Position numbers and translations under genes: made by a program. Under the pieces are notes generated by a model that was not told the DNA's origin, did not search any database, and saw only the letters and a list, made by a program, of their open reading frames with translations. Shown here one piece after another: positions 38,601 through 52,475 of a stretch of DNA of 64,000 nucleotides. This stretch comes from Octopus bimaculoides. Its lineage: Eukaryota. How positions within the stretch are numbered: the first letter of the stretch is position 1; each line of letters opens with the position of its first letter. The stretch lies in the NCBI RefSeq assembly GCF_001194135.2, contig NC_068985.1:121755096-121819095 (forward strand). Direction: 5' to 3'.

Positions 38601-40976
38601 CTATTCTGTCATTTTAAATGTTCCTTGTGTCAATATTAATCAACTGACAAAATAAAATACAACAGTATACAGTAGTTACTGCTTCCCTTTCCTTAGTTAT
38701 GGTACTGTACTGCTAAGAGGGATGGGCTCTGTCAAACAGCATACACAGGACTAAGACACTTGAAATCATGTGAGCCAATGCAAATCTAAGTGACTACTTG
38801 ACCTGCTAAAATTAACAGTTGCATATCTCTTTGCTCAGAGCCTAGCATCTTAAAAAAAAAAAAAAAAAAAAAATGAAAGGACACATTCAAGAATGTAGTT
38901 CTAGATATACAAGCACATCAATGACCACACCTGGAATTCTTCGATCAAGTCTGCTCAGTAATTACCAACCTGGGGCTAAAACAACAATCTAAATGACCAT
39001 GCTCTTAGTTAACACTGACATGTTCATTGCTGTTGTGCGTGCCTGCGCATGCAAGCAAATATGCATGTGTGTGTGTATGAAAAATATTCAGCCAGTGGCT
39101 GCACGACTGAGGTTCTAATTTCTTCCTAACGATTTAAATCTGGTGACAGACGAGTCAGTTTTCTTAAGAGCAGATTTCAACTTCGAAAATATACATTTTA
39201 TGATAGAAACCTCAACATTTAAACCACTACAGCATACATTTGTAGTGATTATGCTGTGCAATTTCATTTTGTATCAAAGTGAATATGATGTGGTCTTGAG
39301 CATCCGGCTTTACTTCACAGGTGAAATAAATTAATTTTTACGAACCAATCAGAGATCAGTATTCTATATATTTTCGTGCATTTCTTATCAGCAAGAGACA
39401 TTTCCTCACATGCTGCTAGCCCGAAGAACATTTTACTACTATGCATATGTTGCAGTTTGGGGAACAGAGTAGTCTAGACACTCGAGTCTTTGTATAGAAG
39501 GCAAGCAGTTAATCATAGCAAACATACTGCACCCTTTTTATCCGCCAGAGTTTATATTTATTTAATGTGGTGTGTGTGTGTGCACGTAATCCTAATAAAG
39601 ATTTATCAACGTATGTAATTTCGTAGATGTATGTGCGTGCACGCGTGTGTGTGTAGATATATATATATATATTGTAAATTTAATTAAGTTTTCACTGTAT
39701 ATTGACAATAGAATATGGTCTAATATCTGGGCATATAAATCCATGATGGAAAAAAATGGGCATTTGTATGAATGAGAATCAAACTCACACCTCTTAAAAT
39801 ATTAGACTATTTTCTAGACAATATACAATGAAAACTAAGTCACAAAAATTTTCACTCATCAGTTTCTTATGCATATATAAATATATATGTAGACCTTTCC
39901 CCTTCAAAACAATCATAGTAGTAAAACACCAAGTTCACTAAACACCTACTACATGCAATTCAAAAGTGTTGTAGCTTTTTAGTATACATTTCTTAACATT
40001 AGAATATAAGTTATTGTTCACTGTGACATTTTGTGCCTTTCAGATAATACTTAGTCAAATACTGGTGGCAAGTAGAAAATATATCCTCATTACATATTGT
40101 GCCGTCAGCCCTCTGATACTTACATTTTCTTTCTATTTGAAATAAGCTACACACTTCATCCCCAGACAAAACAAAAGTAATGAAGTATGGTAAAGCCACT
40201 GTGATTGCTGCTATGGGAGTAGATAAGGTAGATGAAACAAATGCTGGAGCAAGTATTTTACAGTAATCACATGATCTTAAGCATCTGGTAATCAAAAAAA
40301 TGTCTTTGTCAGAAGTGCAATTCAATGTGGTATCATTTGGATGACTATGATTCATTATCACCAGGACAACAATTTAGCCACTGCATCTCCTATTTAGTAG
40401 AGGCAAGAGAAAAAAAAAAAACCCCAAAAAAACTACAAGTCCCCTAAAATATACAACAGAACATTTGTGTTCACTCAACTTGCTCATACATGAGAAAATG
40501 TATTTTGAGGCATGCAGAGAATGGTTTAAGTAATAATTAAAAAGCATTAAAATGAGAAAATTTTGCATGGGAAAAGATAATACCAGGAGCATACTTATAA
40601 ATTTTTAAATTAACATAACTATAAAAATCCATTGGGCTTGCATTCAGCTCCAATTTCTAGAGTTTTAAGAGGATCAAAATTTAACTAGTATACTAACCCC
40701 ATTCACCCTATTCAAGATATCCCCCCCCCTCATTTTTGAACTAGCTCTTAATTTCTAGTGGATTCTACACTAGTGAAAATACATTGATAAAGTCTCTGAG
40801 AATTTCTTCTCACTAGTGTCAGAGACCCTGAAAAGGGACCATCAGTGCAGCACTTCAAACTAGGTAGTGTGTGTGTTTTCTAGTCTATTCCAGACTACTA
40901 AACAGAATATACAGGATCCAGACACACGGAAATCATGTGAGCAGATACCTATGCATTTCAAAATTCATTTCCTTAA

Positions 40977-41167
40977 CCCTTTAGTTTTCGGCCATATCCA
41001 GCCAAAATATTTGATGTGTTTTATGCTTAAACCAGTCCACAATGTCCTTCTAAGAATAAGTAATTACATTGTGAAAATCTCAAAGCTACAAGATAATCCA
41101 CAATTAATTCGAAATAATGTGAATAAATAGGCATAACATCTGACAGAATAAACTGAATGCTAAAGGG
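40977..41167. mobile_element. TTAA-flanked (piggyBac-type) MITE
   Basis: TTAA-CCCTTTAG...CTAAAGGG-TTAA; 191 bp. Confidence 0.8.
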
Positions 41168-41209
41168 TTAAGCTTCAGCGCTATGGATGAATACAGAAAA
41201 TAAACGTCC

Positions 41210-41210
<1 letters not shown>

Positions 41211-41287
<77 letters not shown>
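41211..41287. repeat. (GT)n-(AT)n compound microsatellite
   Basis: Read directly from the sequence. Confidence 0.95.
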
Positions 41288-41349
41288 CTTATGTGTATTT
41301 CTTCTATCTTAATGAATAAAAATTCTTCTGATAGAATAAATGGGTTAAT

Positions 41350-42075
41350 AGAAACCAATGTAGCAAAGAACACAAAATAACTGTGGTTAGCTCCTGTTTT
41401 TAAGGCAGGAACTCCTTGAAATTTCNNNNNNNNNNNNNNNNNNNNNNNNNNNNNNNNNNNNNNNNNNNNNNNNNNNNNNNNNNNNNNNNNNNNNNNNNNN
41501 NNNNNNNNNNNNNNNNNNNNNNNNNNNNNNNNNNNNNNNNNNNNNNNNNNNNNNNNNNNNNNNNNNNNNNNNNNNNNNNNNNNNNNNNNNNNNNNNNNNN
41601 NNNNNNNNNNNNNNNNNNNNNNNNNNNNNNNNNNNNNNNNNNNNNNNNNNNNNNNNNNNNNNNNNNNNNNNNNNNNNNNNNNNNNNNNNNNNNNNNNNNN
41701 NNNNNNNNNNNNNNNNNNNNNNNNNNNNNNNNNNNNNNNNNNNNNNNNTCCGATCAATGGAACAGCCTGCTTGTGAAATTAACGTGCAAGTGGCTGAGCA
41801 CTCCACAGACACGTGTACCCTTAACGTAGTTCTCGGGGGTATTCAGCGTGACAGTGTGACAAGTCTGACCCTTTGAATTACAGGCACAACAGAAACAGGA
41901 AGTAAAAGTGAGAGAAAGTTGTGGTGGAAGAGTACAGCAGGGTTTGCCACCACCCCCTGCCGGAGCCTCGTCGAGCTTTAGGTGTTTTCGCTCAATAAAC
42001 ACTCACAACACCCGGTCTGGGAATCGAAACCGCGATCGTATGACCGAGAGTCCGCTGCCCTAACCATTGCGCCTC
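41350..42075 (-). mobile_element. tRNA-headed SINE spanning an assembly gap
   Basis: Minus-strand head aggcgcaatggttagggcagcggactctcgg...ggtttcgattcccagacc; body fragments recur near 11020-11290, 20880-21010 and 27340-27430. Confidence 0.75.
41426..41748. other. Assembly gap (N run)
   Basis: Run of N inside a SINE. Confidence 1.
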
Positions 42076-44337
42076 TGTGTGTGTATATATATGTATATAT
42101 AAACACACACACAATGTATAGATTTCAGTGGTTATTTTAGATCATTTTATTTTACTTTTAAAATGGCAAAATAGTTAGGGTAATAAATAGCATGTGTGTG
42201 TAGTATTCTTTTACTCATTACCTGCCACCAAGCCTTGAATGTACATTCCTCTTGGACCTCTTATGTTAATTTTCTTTGTGTCTGCCATTTACTTTTTCTT
42301 CCACCATCCCTCCCTCTTTCTTTATAGTGTAAAGCATGACTGGAGAAATTAATCAACGAACCAAACACAGCTATTATTATATAGAGATAATTTTAGTCCC
42401 TTTGATATCAATATGCCCAAGATCATTCCTGTTTCTATGATACAAACTTTCTGCTTTAAAGTACACTAAAAATTTTCCAGCAAAATGTCTTGTTTAATAA
42501 AGACAAAATGAAACAGTCTTTTTCAGCAGAAAGAAAAATGGTAGCAAAAGGGTTAAGGAAATGCTGAAGGCAGGGATCAAATGAACAAACTAAGTTAATT
42601 AAATACACTCCAACCCATCTACTAAATTAGGAAAAAATGCGAAAAAGTGACAATCAGTGTTGAACAAAAGACGCCGATTTTAATAAATTCTATGAGCCAA
42701 CTAGGTCATTCTGACATTAAAGTATCAATAGGATTAATCTTTTTTATACATCTTTAGGAAGTAGTTTAAAACAAAAGAGGAAAAGACAATCTGTTGACTT
42801 CTCTATTTCAACTTCCAAAACAATACATCTACTTTATATAGTATATGTATTACATATATGACAGTTTTAATAAACATCCAGTGTTGTAGTCCTGCAGAGT
42901 CAACAGCAGGTTAATATTTCTGCCTGAAAGAGCAACAATTTACATCCCCATAACCAGTGTTATGTTGCGTTCATATTGCATTAACTGTGTATACATGTAT
43001 TTAATACAGTAAGAGCAGAGGATAAATAATAAAACTAATCTCTTAATAGAAGAGTCTTAGTTTATTTGTTATGAGGTGTGTAGAGTTTTGCCCATTTCGT
43101 CTTTCTCAAGTGAAGAATAACGCTTTCGCACCCCTCACAAATTAACATCTCCAATTGTAGGCATATTTCCAGGACAGGACAACACAATGTCCAGCCATCA
43201 GACGATGTTCCACAAGCTCAAGAGAGATGGTGGTCAGGGATAAAAAGATTTCCATTTTCTACTCATGACTACATATGCACCTAAGGCAATTAGCAAAGGT
43301 ATGGTAGGTTACCAAACCTTAATCACAAGTGAGAACTTGCTGCACTATTGCCCATCCCCAAACTAAGACAGAACAGATGGTTCTTTAAAGAGAAACATTC
43401 ATTACTGTGACAGACAAGCAGGTTGATCCTTCCAATACTAATAGCTAAACAGTGGAAGATGTGGAATCATTTATCCTTAGTCAGGTTGATTGAAGCAAGT
43501 AGAATAATGTAAGGTCTGAAACTTGTGACCCTTTAGTCAATAGTTCAAAATCTATAACAGTTAAACCATGTAATCGTTATTTTAAATATTTGATGTAAAT
43601 TATGGTAAATTTCTCAATAAGACTTCATATGTATTTAATTGTTGCTTTTGATGCTTTATTTAGTGTTGTACTGACAACCTAGGAAGCAATCTTTTAATTG
43701 GATTTATACATGCACAATGGTAAGGAATGGAATTACTTATGATTATTAAAATAATGAAATCATCATCATCATCATCATCCTACTGCTTTCCATGTTGGCA
43801 TGGATTGGATGGGCCATAAACTATCCAAGTTCTTTGTTCAAGTTACAGTTCTCTTAGAATGGTTGGTGACCACATCTAGGATAGAATGTTGCCTGCCACT
43901 GCATTTTAGTTGATGGTAAGTAGACTACCGAAGTCTAATAAAAGCTTAGTATCATGTTAAAAAAAAAAAAAATCAATTGACAAAGAATTATCATTAAGTC
44001 TTCATAAACTACATATATTGATTGGGGAGTGGCTGTGTTGAAATACAACATAGAATGGACAAGCAAGGTTTCTACTTTCCATAATACTAAATCTTTCATT
44101 TTTAGCAAGCATAAAGTAGCTTCTTAGTCATGAATGTGATGAAGATCTGGATAGTAATTGGAGACTCAATTCACATATAGTCCTTCAGAATGTTCCATGT
44201 CAAGTGTGAGTATATAATTATGAGGTTTCAAATAAAATAACTGGAGAAACCATACTGATAGAGGCTGTATTACGACCAGTCATTTAATATATACATACAA
44301 CACATATTCATTCGCCTAACATTTCTAGAGGTTTTAA

Positions 44338-44534
44338 CCCATTTGATACCAACCCACCTAAGACTGCACCAGACTATCATACAAACGTCCTATTTTAAAG
44401 AGATCTCTTTTAAAACCTTCCATCAAAATTTCATGCTAATTCATAACGACAAAAGATATTTTACTAAATTCTTCATTATTTTCATAACTGAAACAAAGAA
44501 AGTATGTGTCAGCAAAATTATGGTAATAAAAGGG
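44338..44534. mobile_element. TTAA-flanked MITE, same family as 32420-32630
   Basis: ttaa-cccatttgataccaacc...aaaaggg-tttaa. Confidence 0.7.
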
Positions 44535-47500
44535 TTTAATTAAACAATTTTGAATATTATCTTAGCCAAAAACAGATGCCTTCTTATGAATAAAAACTAA
44601 TGGTTTCAGTCATTGGATTGCAATCATTATAGAATACCATGTTTAAAAAATTCTAATCAGTTTCTGCCTACCAAATTCCATTCTCATAGCACTGATCAAT
44701 CTTCTATAGTTGACAAAAAAATTACCTGTCAAGCTATTCCTCAAAATTTTTAACAGAATTCATACAGCAATGCTATTTAGTTAGCTATGCTTCTCAGTTG
44801 GTGGCAAGAACTTATTTGCTATTTATAATCATTTACTTTTCTAGATCTACGATGCCAACATTTATATCAGAGAATGTATTTTATATATGTATATATATAT
44901 ATCCATTTTTCCATGCTGGCAAAGTTGTTATAGGTTGGGGACATCTTACTCAGGCATTAGCACAATTTCTACAGATGTGTGCTCCTCCTAATGTTTTATA
45001 GGTCTTTTCCATGCTATTACAAGTTTAATCATAATCTTACTAGGATACTAAAAGTAAGATTAAATGAAAAAAAGTGAAAAAACTTGAGATTCAGGTTTAC
45101 AACTAAATAAATCACTAGTTGTTATATCTCACTCCTATTTATCATTTGAAGCTCATATTAAGGCCATTAGTTTCTTCCTCATCCTGCTGATATGCAGTTA
45201 TAAATGCTTCTGTGAGGTTTCTTCATTCCCCAAATTTCAGACTTTCAGTAACTCCTAATACAATTTTGTTGATGCATTAGTGAAAAAGAAAATCAATAGA
45301 TATCACTATGCTTCAAAAACTGGAAAAGGAAATGAAAACTATTTGCCATGGAACATCAAAATATCTAGATGGGCATGAAAGATGCTCACTTAGTGGACAG
45401 TGGTCAGTGAAGATTAAATATGTTTGCTCTACAATTCCACAATTTTGAAAACAAACAAGTGAGCGCATACTGGCCTATTACAAAACAAACTAGTGGGAGC
45501 ATTACTGGCCTAAATCCCTCCTGAATCATATCTTATGTTTAAAGAAAAAAAGGATAGTTACAACCAGGATGTTTTTAAAATTCTGCTAATCCAGAACTAG
45601 TATTTTATTATATCAACTCCAGAAGAATGTAAGTTCAAGTTGATCTTAGTGAATCCCAAACTCAGTCTAGAGAGCCAAAACGAATAATGAAAGATATTTT
45701 GTACTAGACTAACAGTTCAGTTCACCTGAACTAGAAAACTTTAAAAAGCAATGAAATTATACTTAAAAAAAAAAATCAGGACTTATTAGCCTAGTAGCAT
45801 AATGACAATGATTAAACCTTGATATTTCAATGTATTATTGACATAATGAATAAATAGGTATTTAACCCCTTTTGATGCCAACCAGATTAGCATCTGGTTT
45901 TGTGATAGATACAAAATGGCCTGTCATATTTAAATTAAAATATTTGAGCAGAATTTCATGAAAGAATCATTTAAATAATGAAATTATTGTGTATAGTGCT
46001 CAGGTGCACTACAGTTGAATACATTTCAAACACCTATTAAATGAAAAATCCATTGAAATTTTTGATTTTCAATATTGAAAAATACAAGAAATATGGTTGT
46101 AAGAAAGGATTTTTCGCAATGTATTACTTTGACAGTTCTAATAATTAAGGTACAAAATTACAAAAATTGATGCGATTGTCACATGGATTTAAACTCGTAT
46201 TGCAAACAATGATGCAGTGCTTCCTAAGACCACATTATACTCATTTATTTTTCAATCTGTTTATTTCTTACTGTAACTGCTGTAAGAGTTGAGAATTCAA
46301 AGGTCCTGAGAAAACTCCTCAAGTACATGAATGTAAAGTCTATGCAACACTACTGACAAAGGATATACTGTTGGTTGAACAACAAATACTTCTTTACAGT
46401 TGGTTAGTAACAGAAAAGGGGAAAACAATGACAGTTTCAATAGCATCATCATTCTTTTCGTTAGCATTTTTTTTAACGTGTAGTGGAGCATTGTCAATTA
46501 AACCGAGTATAGGATCTTCAGTACATATTTTATCAGAAGGGTTATATATAGAAGAGTGTTTGTGAGCTGAACTACTGATCTAAAAGTCAAGAGTTGAATC
46601 AAACCTTGCTCACAACTACTGTATCCCTTCCAAGGTACATAACTCTGGTTGCCTCACAAAAAAGAAAAAAGGTTTTAATACGCCATCTCACTTGACTGCC
46701 AAATAGTAAAAGGCGGAAACCGACGGTAAAATGGTTCTCTAACAAAATCAAACCAGCTCTTAAGGAAAACAAGAATGAGTGACCTAAAACGTCATTTTGA
46801 CCAAGGCCTGAAATCATACACTTACACAAACTAAATGCCCTATTGTAACATTACTAACGGAAACTGTTTTTTCTTGAAAAGACTGGATCGAATTTTTTTA
46901 TTACACAAAAGCTTGAATTATTAAGCGATTAGAACAAGCTTGAAGTTATGTCATCCTAAATGTCAGTAACTGTTCAAAGAAAGAAAAAACTTCGAAGATA
47001 TGAGAGATTTATGCAATATCATCACTTTATTTTGACAAACATACCACTCCCTCGCACTTTCCTAAAGGTATTTCGTTTACATTTCACTAGATATACAAGG
47101 CATTGTGTATCACACACACAGTTCCATTAAGTTGCACAATTCAAATTACTATGTGTGCATGAGTGTGTATATATGTAATTCCATTCAAGTTTGAATATAG
47201 AGCTCGCTCTCTGTGTATAAGCCGATGATAAAAGATATTACTAAAAAAAAAAAAACGTTCCGAAATTACATAATTTTATTTTAGGCAATCTTCCGAAGGA
47301 AGAGAAGCAATTCTGAATTAATGCCAGCCCCTTTTACCAGTCACAATTGGTTATATACAATTTTATTTATAAATACTATTTAATTTCTTGTCGACAGGCA
47401 CGTTAGAAATGCATCTGGTCTAGCAAATTGCTCCGTATTCATCATGAGCCATATGTCGTGCAGTGTTCAACGACAAAACGCCCATCCTCAAGCATATTAA

Positions 47501-50500
47501 TGTAAAAAGTATACACGGCAAGAGGAAGAATGACAGCATATACAGACAATTCACATTTCTCTCCGCACACTTCATTTATCTGTTGGAGGGTTCATAATTT
47601 TTATACTAAACCACATCATAAAAATCTTTTTAGCTCTTCCACATATTGCTACTCCGTAGCAATGTTTTATTGAATACGCTTTCATCATATTCAGTGTGGG
47701 CAATGCACGAAGGAATATGGCATTAAGCTAGATAAATTATATATATATTGTCCACAGACACGCTTGTTGAACAAAGGCCGTTTCCAAAGCCCTTAGTAAC
47801 GACAGAGAAGCAGTATCAACTGCAACAATTTTTTTCTCCTTTTTGTGTGTGTGTACACACACACACAAATATATATATATATATATATATCACAGTTTTC
47901 CGTGCTTACATGGGTGGAATGGTTTAGTGGCTGGAGCCATACCCACCACCCTTCTTTTTACAACTATATCGACAAACTGAATTGTCTTGCACAGAAAATC
48001 CAGCACCATGACTAGTATAACGTGGTGTTATTTGTGAATAAACTTCATTTACACTATGTTAGTAATAGATTACTTGTTAAATGATAGTTACATCCCCCAC
48101 ACACACTAAAAAAACCACCCCGTTCAACAAATTTCTCATGATGACTAATTCATTTTTACATTATTTCACCAAAAGATATTGACAAGTTCCCTCCTTAAAC
48201 GTCAAAGTTTTTCTAAAAAGCTGATATTTGTCGACTTACCACCACGCAAATATATATTCCTATAGTTTTGTAATTTTGGTTAATGTTAGTCGATAAACAC
48301 ACATTATATATATATATATATAAAATGCATGAGTGATTATAATCCATGTAGACAGTGTATGCCGATGTCAAATGAGTCATTGAATGAATTAAGTAATCGC
48401 TTAACAGGAGCCCCTAACTCGGGGCTAGCTTTTGCCTTTAGATATATGTGTACAGAAATCATTATTTAAAATAACTCCCGCATTGTACCTTACTCTAGAA
48501 AATGTCTTATAGCCAAAATTATAAGAATGGAACATGATGAATTAAAGTGACTAGAGTAGCATGTTGATACTATTCAGGAAAGAATAAGGTAGATAGTAAT
48601 AAGATATGAACCCCAAAATACGCGATATCAAAGCACAAAATACAATCTCAGTCGGGTAGGAAGTGTAACCACACAAACCATACAGGGGCGCGTGTACAGT
48701 TGAGTTTTTTTTTAAATATTAAAATAACTTGTAACGAAGAATTTTTGTATTCGGAAAAAAATTATATAAACAGAAATTAAAAAAAAAAAATCTTTATATT
48801 CTACATATTCAAAATTATAATAGCTGTAAAACTAAAACCAAATCCAATCAGGGTAAAGAAAATTGAAATGAAGCTAGCAGATTTTCACAGTTTAACCATC
48901 ACGTGAATAGAACTGGGTAGTTTTGGTAGTTATTTTCCCCCTGAAGAATTTAATGAACTTTCTAATGTTAGAAATGTGTATTCAATACAAAATTAATTAC
49001 CAATTAAACAGAATGTTCTGTGTGTTGCATAAAAAATTAGTTTAAAAAAGAAAAACCAACACCCCCCCCTCTCAATTTAGCTGTGAATTAATAACGATTA
49101 AAACATAAAATTAACCAACAATTCTTTTGGAATTCTAAGCATAAAAATATGGCCCACAAAGAAAAAATGAAAATAGAATTGTAAAAAGTTATACACATCA
49201 AAAAGACACTTTTAATCTAGAAATTTACACCATTTTATATATATATATATATATATATAAACTGAAGAAAATTTTTAAAATCTGTAAGTGAAACTTTACT
49301 ATTAAAGAGACACTGAAAATTCATTATGATTATACTTTGAATAGGTTTAAAGTGGGTAGCAATAACTTATCTAAGGCTACCAACTGTACAAATATCTCTT
49401 GACACAAAATCTATAGTATTCGTCTTATCTATATAATACTGTCACTAATTTGACCAGGCCGGCAGCAGTAAGACGATCAGAATTCAAAAGAAAAAATTTA
49501 GAAAACTGAAGATATTCTGGTTTCATTGCTGTCTAATGTTCATCAAACTCAAATGAGAAGTAGCTTTAAGCAAAGAATAAGAAAAGGAAAAATGATAAAC
49601 AATACCAAGGTTTCCAGAAGCAATAAAAGATCTTTTCTTGGTAGCAAGCTATCATTGGACTTGTGGAGAAGTTTCTGTGATTTGATTTGAAACAATATAG
49701 CACAGTGGAAGAAATAACGAAGAGTGCTAGCCCGAAGTTAACAGAGCAAGTTTACTACATAGAATGAGTAATCAATATAGACTAGCGCATTAGTTTTTAT
49801 AATTATATGTGCAATGAAATTGGTCGTATGCAGAGCGGAATCATTTCTCTGGAAAAGCGGTCGAGGGTCAGATAAATCACAAGTTCTGTCGGAATAAAAT
49901 TTTCTAAGAAGTTTATTATTTAGAGATAATTAAAAATAAATGAAATTGAGCAAAATGGCAACCGCACTACCAAAGTTATATTGCATACGAATAATTTAAA
50001 ATATATACTTTGCTTTTATTTATTTAGTAAGCACGATATTTGATTCTTCCCCTTCCAATGGACTATCGTTAAGAGTGTACTATGGAGGGCGTGGAATTAA
50101 AGATAATTAACATTGTTCCTCTGAACAATGTTTAAAATTAAAATAGCATAACATGTAAGAATTTGTGCTAATCGACGTATGATTAATTTTTATATGTTGA
50201 TTCAATTGAAAGGCTATGTTTAAGAATTCTGGAGGTATAGGAACAAAAACTGAAACGACCCGGCTAAGCAAAATATGTGTATTTCTGCATATGTATGGTT
50301 GTCTGTATGTGTGTAGCCAAACCTCCGGTTGGGTTTAAATTTATAAGTAGCAAACCAACGAAAAAATATATATCCGGATCGAACAGGAACTTACTGGTGT
50401 GTCTAATTATTAGCGAATAACAAAATATTACAACTCTAATATGCACGCACATATACAGCTATACATACAAACTGAATAGTAAAGTAAATGATTCGATTTC

Positions 50501-50689
50501 TTTTTTCTTTTTTTTGCTGGAGAAAAAAAAAAAGTAGAGAGCTTTTAATAAAAGCAGTTTATCACAAACACTATTTCCCTTCTGTTCAAAGTAGATTTTT
50601 TTCAAGTCAGAGGAATCTAATTAAAGGCTGGGAGAAAATAAATTGGGCAAAGAGGAAACAAACCATAGAAACAATTATTGCAGAGGGCT

Positions 50690-50818
50690 ACGAGAAAAAT
50701 ATGTTGATGAGCCGAGCCAGTGCGTGTAAGGGTGAGAGAGGGGTAATTATCGTTTTAGACATGACGTGCAGACTTCCCGGCCATCGTGTGTGTGTATGTA
50801 TATATATATATATATATA

Positions 50819-50854
<36 letters not shown>

Positions 50855-52010
50855 CGAAAATATAATTTAGGGTTTGACAAATGATGTCGAAATATGCGAA
50901 AATAAAAGACAGAAATAAATAAAATATCCGTCTTTTAATGTCAAGCTTTGTTGTATTTTTAAGAAACAAAGGATTTGAAAAAGTTCCCTAAAAGAAAGAA
51001 TAGTTATAGAGTTATGTAGCCACAGGCTAGTCCTGCGCAAAAAAAAACAACAAAAAAACTTATGACAAAGGTGTTCAAGCCATGACCATCCTGTCATTCT
51101 CTCGGTCATAGTATGTCTAGGACTGCATTGTCCTCCATTTTCAAAGGTGTGAAGTTCGAGGGAGATCTAGCTGCCATTCGTAGTATATTGAGACCCTGTA
51201 CAGTCTCCCTTTATTTTTTTTTGATTTTATGACTAGTTTCCTCTTTGTTCAACAGTTTTTGACACTGGGCGCGCACTTAAGACACAATTTACAATCAAAA
51301 AATTAAGATCAGAAGAGAGAAAGCTGCACCCAGAAAAATATATGTAAAAGAAAAAAAAGTATTTGCACAACTTTCTAATTATAAGAAAGAAAAATAGAAA
51401 TTGGAATATCAAGACTTTTTTTTTAATACTTAGAAGAAATAGGCACACACACACACAGACAAGTAGCCATGCACATATATCTGGTCGTATAGGCATAATA
51501 AGACGTTCCTGTCATGACCAACCCGCCCTTTCCCTGAGTCATAGAGAACAGCAAAAAACAGAAGGGATTAAAAATAGGATGCCGGTGTGAGTTGTCTGAT
51601 ATTTCGCTGTTGTTTCTAGCAGGTCTAGCAATCGATATTTACTATAAGCGCATTCACACATACACACACGTGTTGTATACTCCCCTCTTTAATTAACCAG
51701 CGCTTTTTGACAGCTAATTCAAACTTAAAACATAGACCCATAAAACAAAAAAATAATTTTGAAACTAAGATGACAGTTCTACAATAACAAAAAGGGCAAG
51801 CTTTTAAAAACGATAAATTGAAAATATATATATATTTATAAAAAGAATACATGACAGAAATTGCATTTATGCAGAACAAACCTTTTTTAACTCTCCAGCT
51901 GAGAAATTAACGCGACTGCGGAGGTCAGTGCTCTGATAACTTGACAGAGAGCAATAACTAAATTACTCACACTTCCGGCGTAGCACTCCCCGTTTTCTGC
52001 GGAGGCTGTG
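50690..52010. promoter_or_regulatory. Putative bidirectional promoter region
   Basis: Low in interspersed repeats and locally CpG-richer, with TGACGT and ACTTCCCGG (~50762-50780), CCCGCCC and TGAGTCA (~51520-51542) and ACTTCCGG (~51971-51978). Motif-based inference only. Confidence 0.35.
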
Positions 52011-52378
52011 GATTAAAAAAAATTGTTATGTATAATAAATGAAAAGTAAAGAATATTTGAATGTAAGAAATAATATTATTGAATGAAAGCAGGTAGAGAG
52101 TGTCTTAATATGCAAAAAGAAAAATAAAGTATGAAAAAGAAAAGAGTAACGAGTTAGGAAAAAAAAATAATATTAAGTAAAATAGTGCAAGCGATATAAT
52201 GATTTTTTAAGCAATTAAATTCAACATTTAGTTGTACTATTGTACTCAAGGACTGGGTGTATATATTTCTTAATCAGCTAAAAAGTTATAGAATGCATTT
52301 ATTGTAATTTTAGTTTCGAATTAAATTTCCCAGTAACTAAGTTTTAAAAGAGACATAAGTTGTGAAGGTTCTTGTTTT

Positions 52379-52475
52379 ATGGGTGATGAGGTCAAATCCT
52401 TTCTACATCCGGTTTCTAAAGCAAGGTTTTGTGTTGCGACACCAGACAGCGGAACTGCTCTACTGCTTAAGCGAG
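52379..52475 (+). CDS. Candidate first coding exon of an unidentified plus-strand gene (MGDEVKSFLHPVSKARFCVATPDSGTALLLKR)
   Basis: ATG-initiated, more GC-rich than flanks, ends at a strong GAG|GTGAG donor and lies downstream of a promoter-like ACTTCCGG motif. No downstream exon or family was recognised. Confidence 0.35.

Noticed and set aside
40011-40361. 116-aa Cys-containing minus-strand ORF with an internal GTAAGT
   Set aside because: No recognisable homology; could be a UTR exon but cannot be supported from sequence alone.
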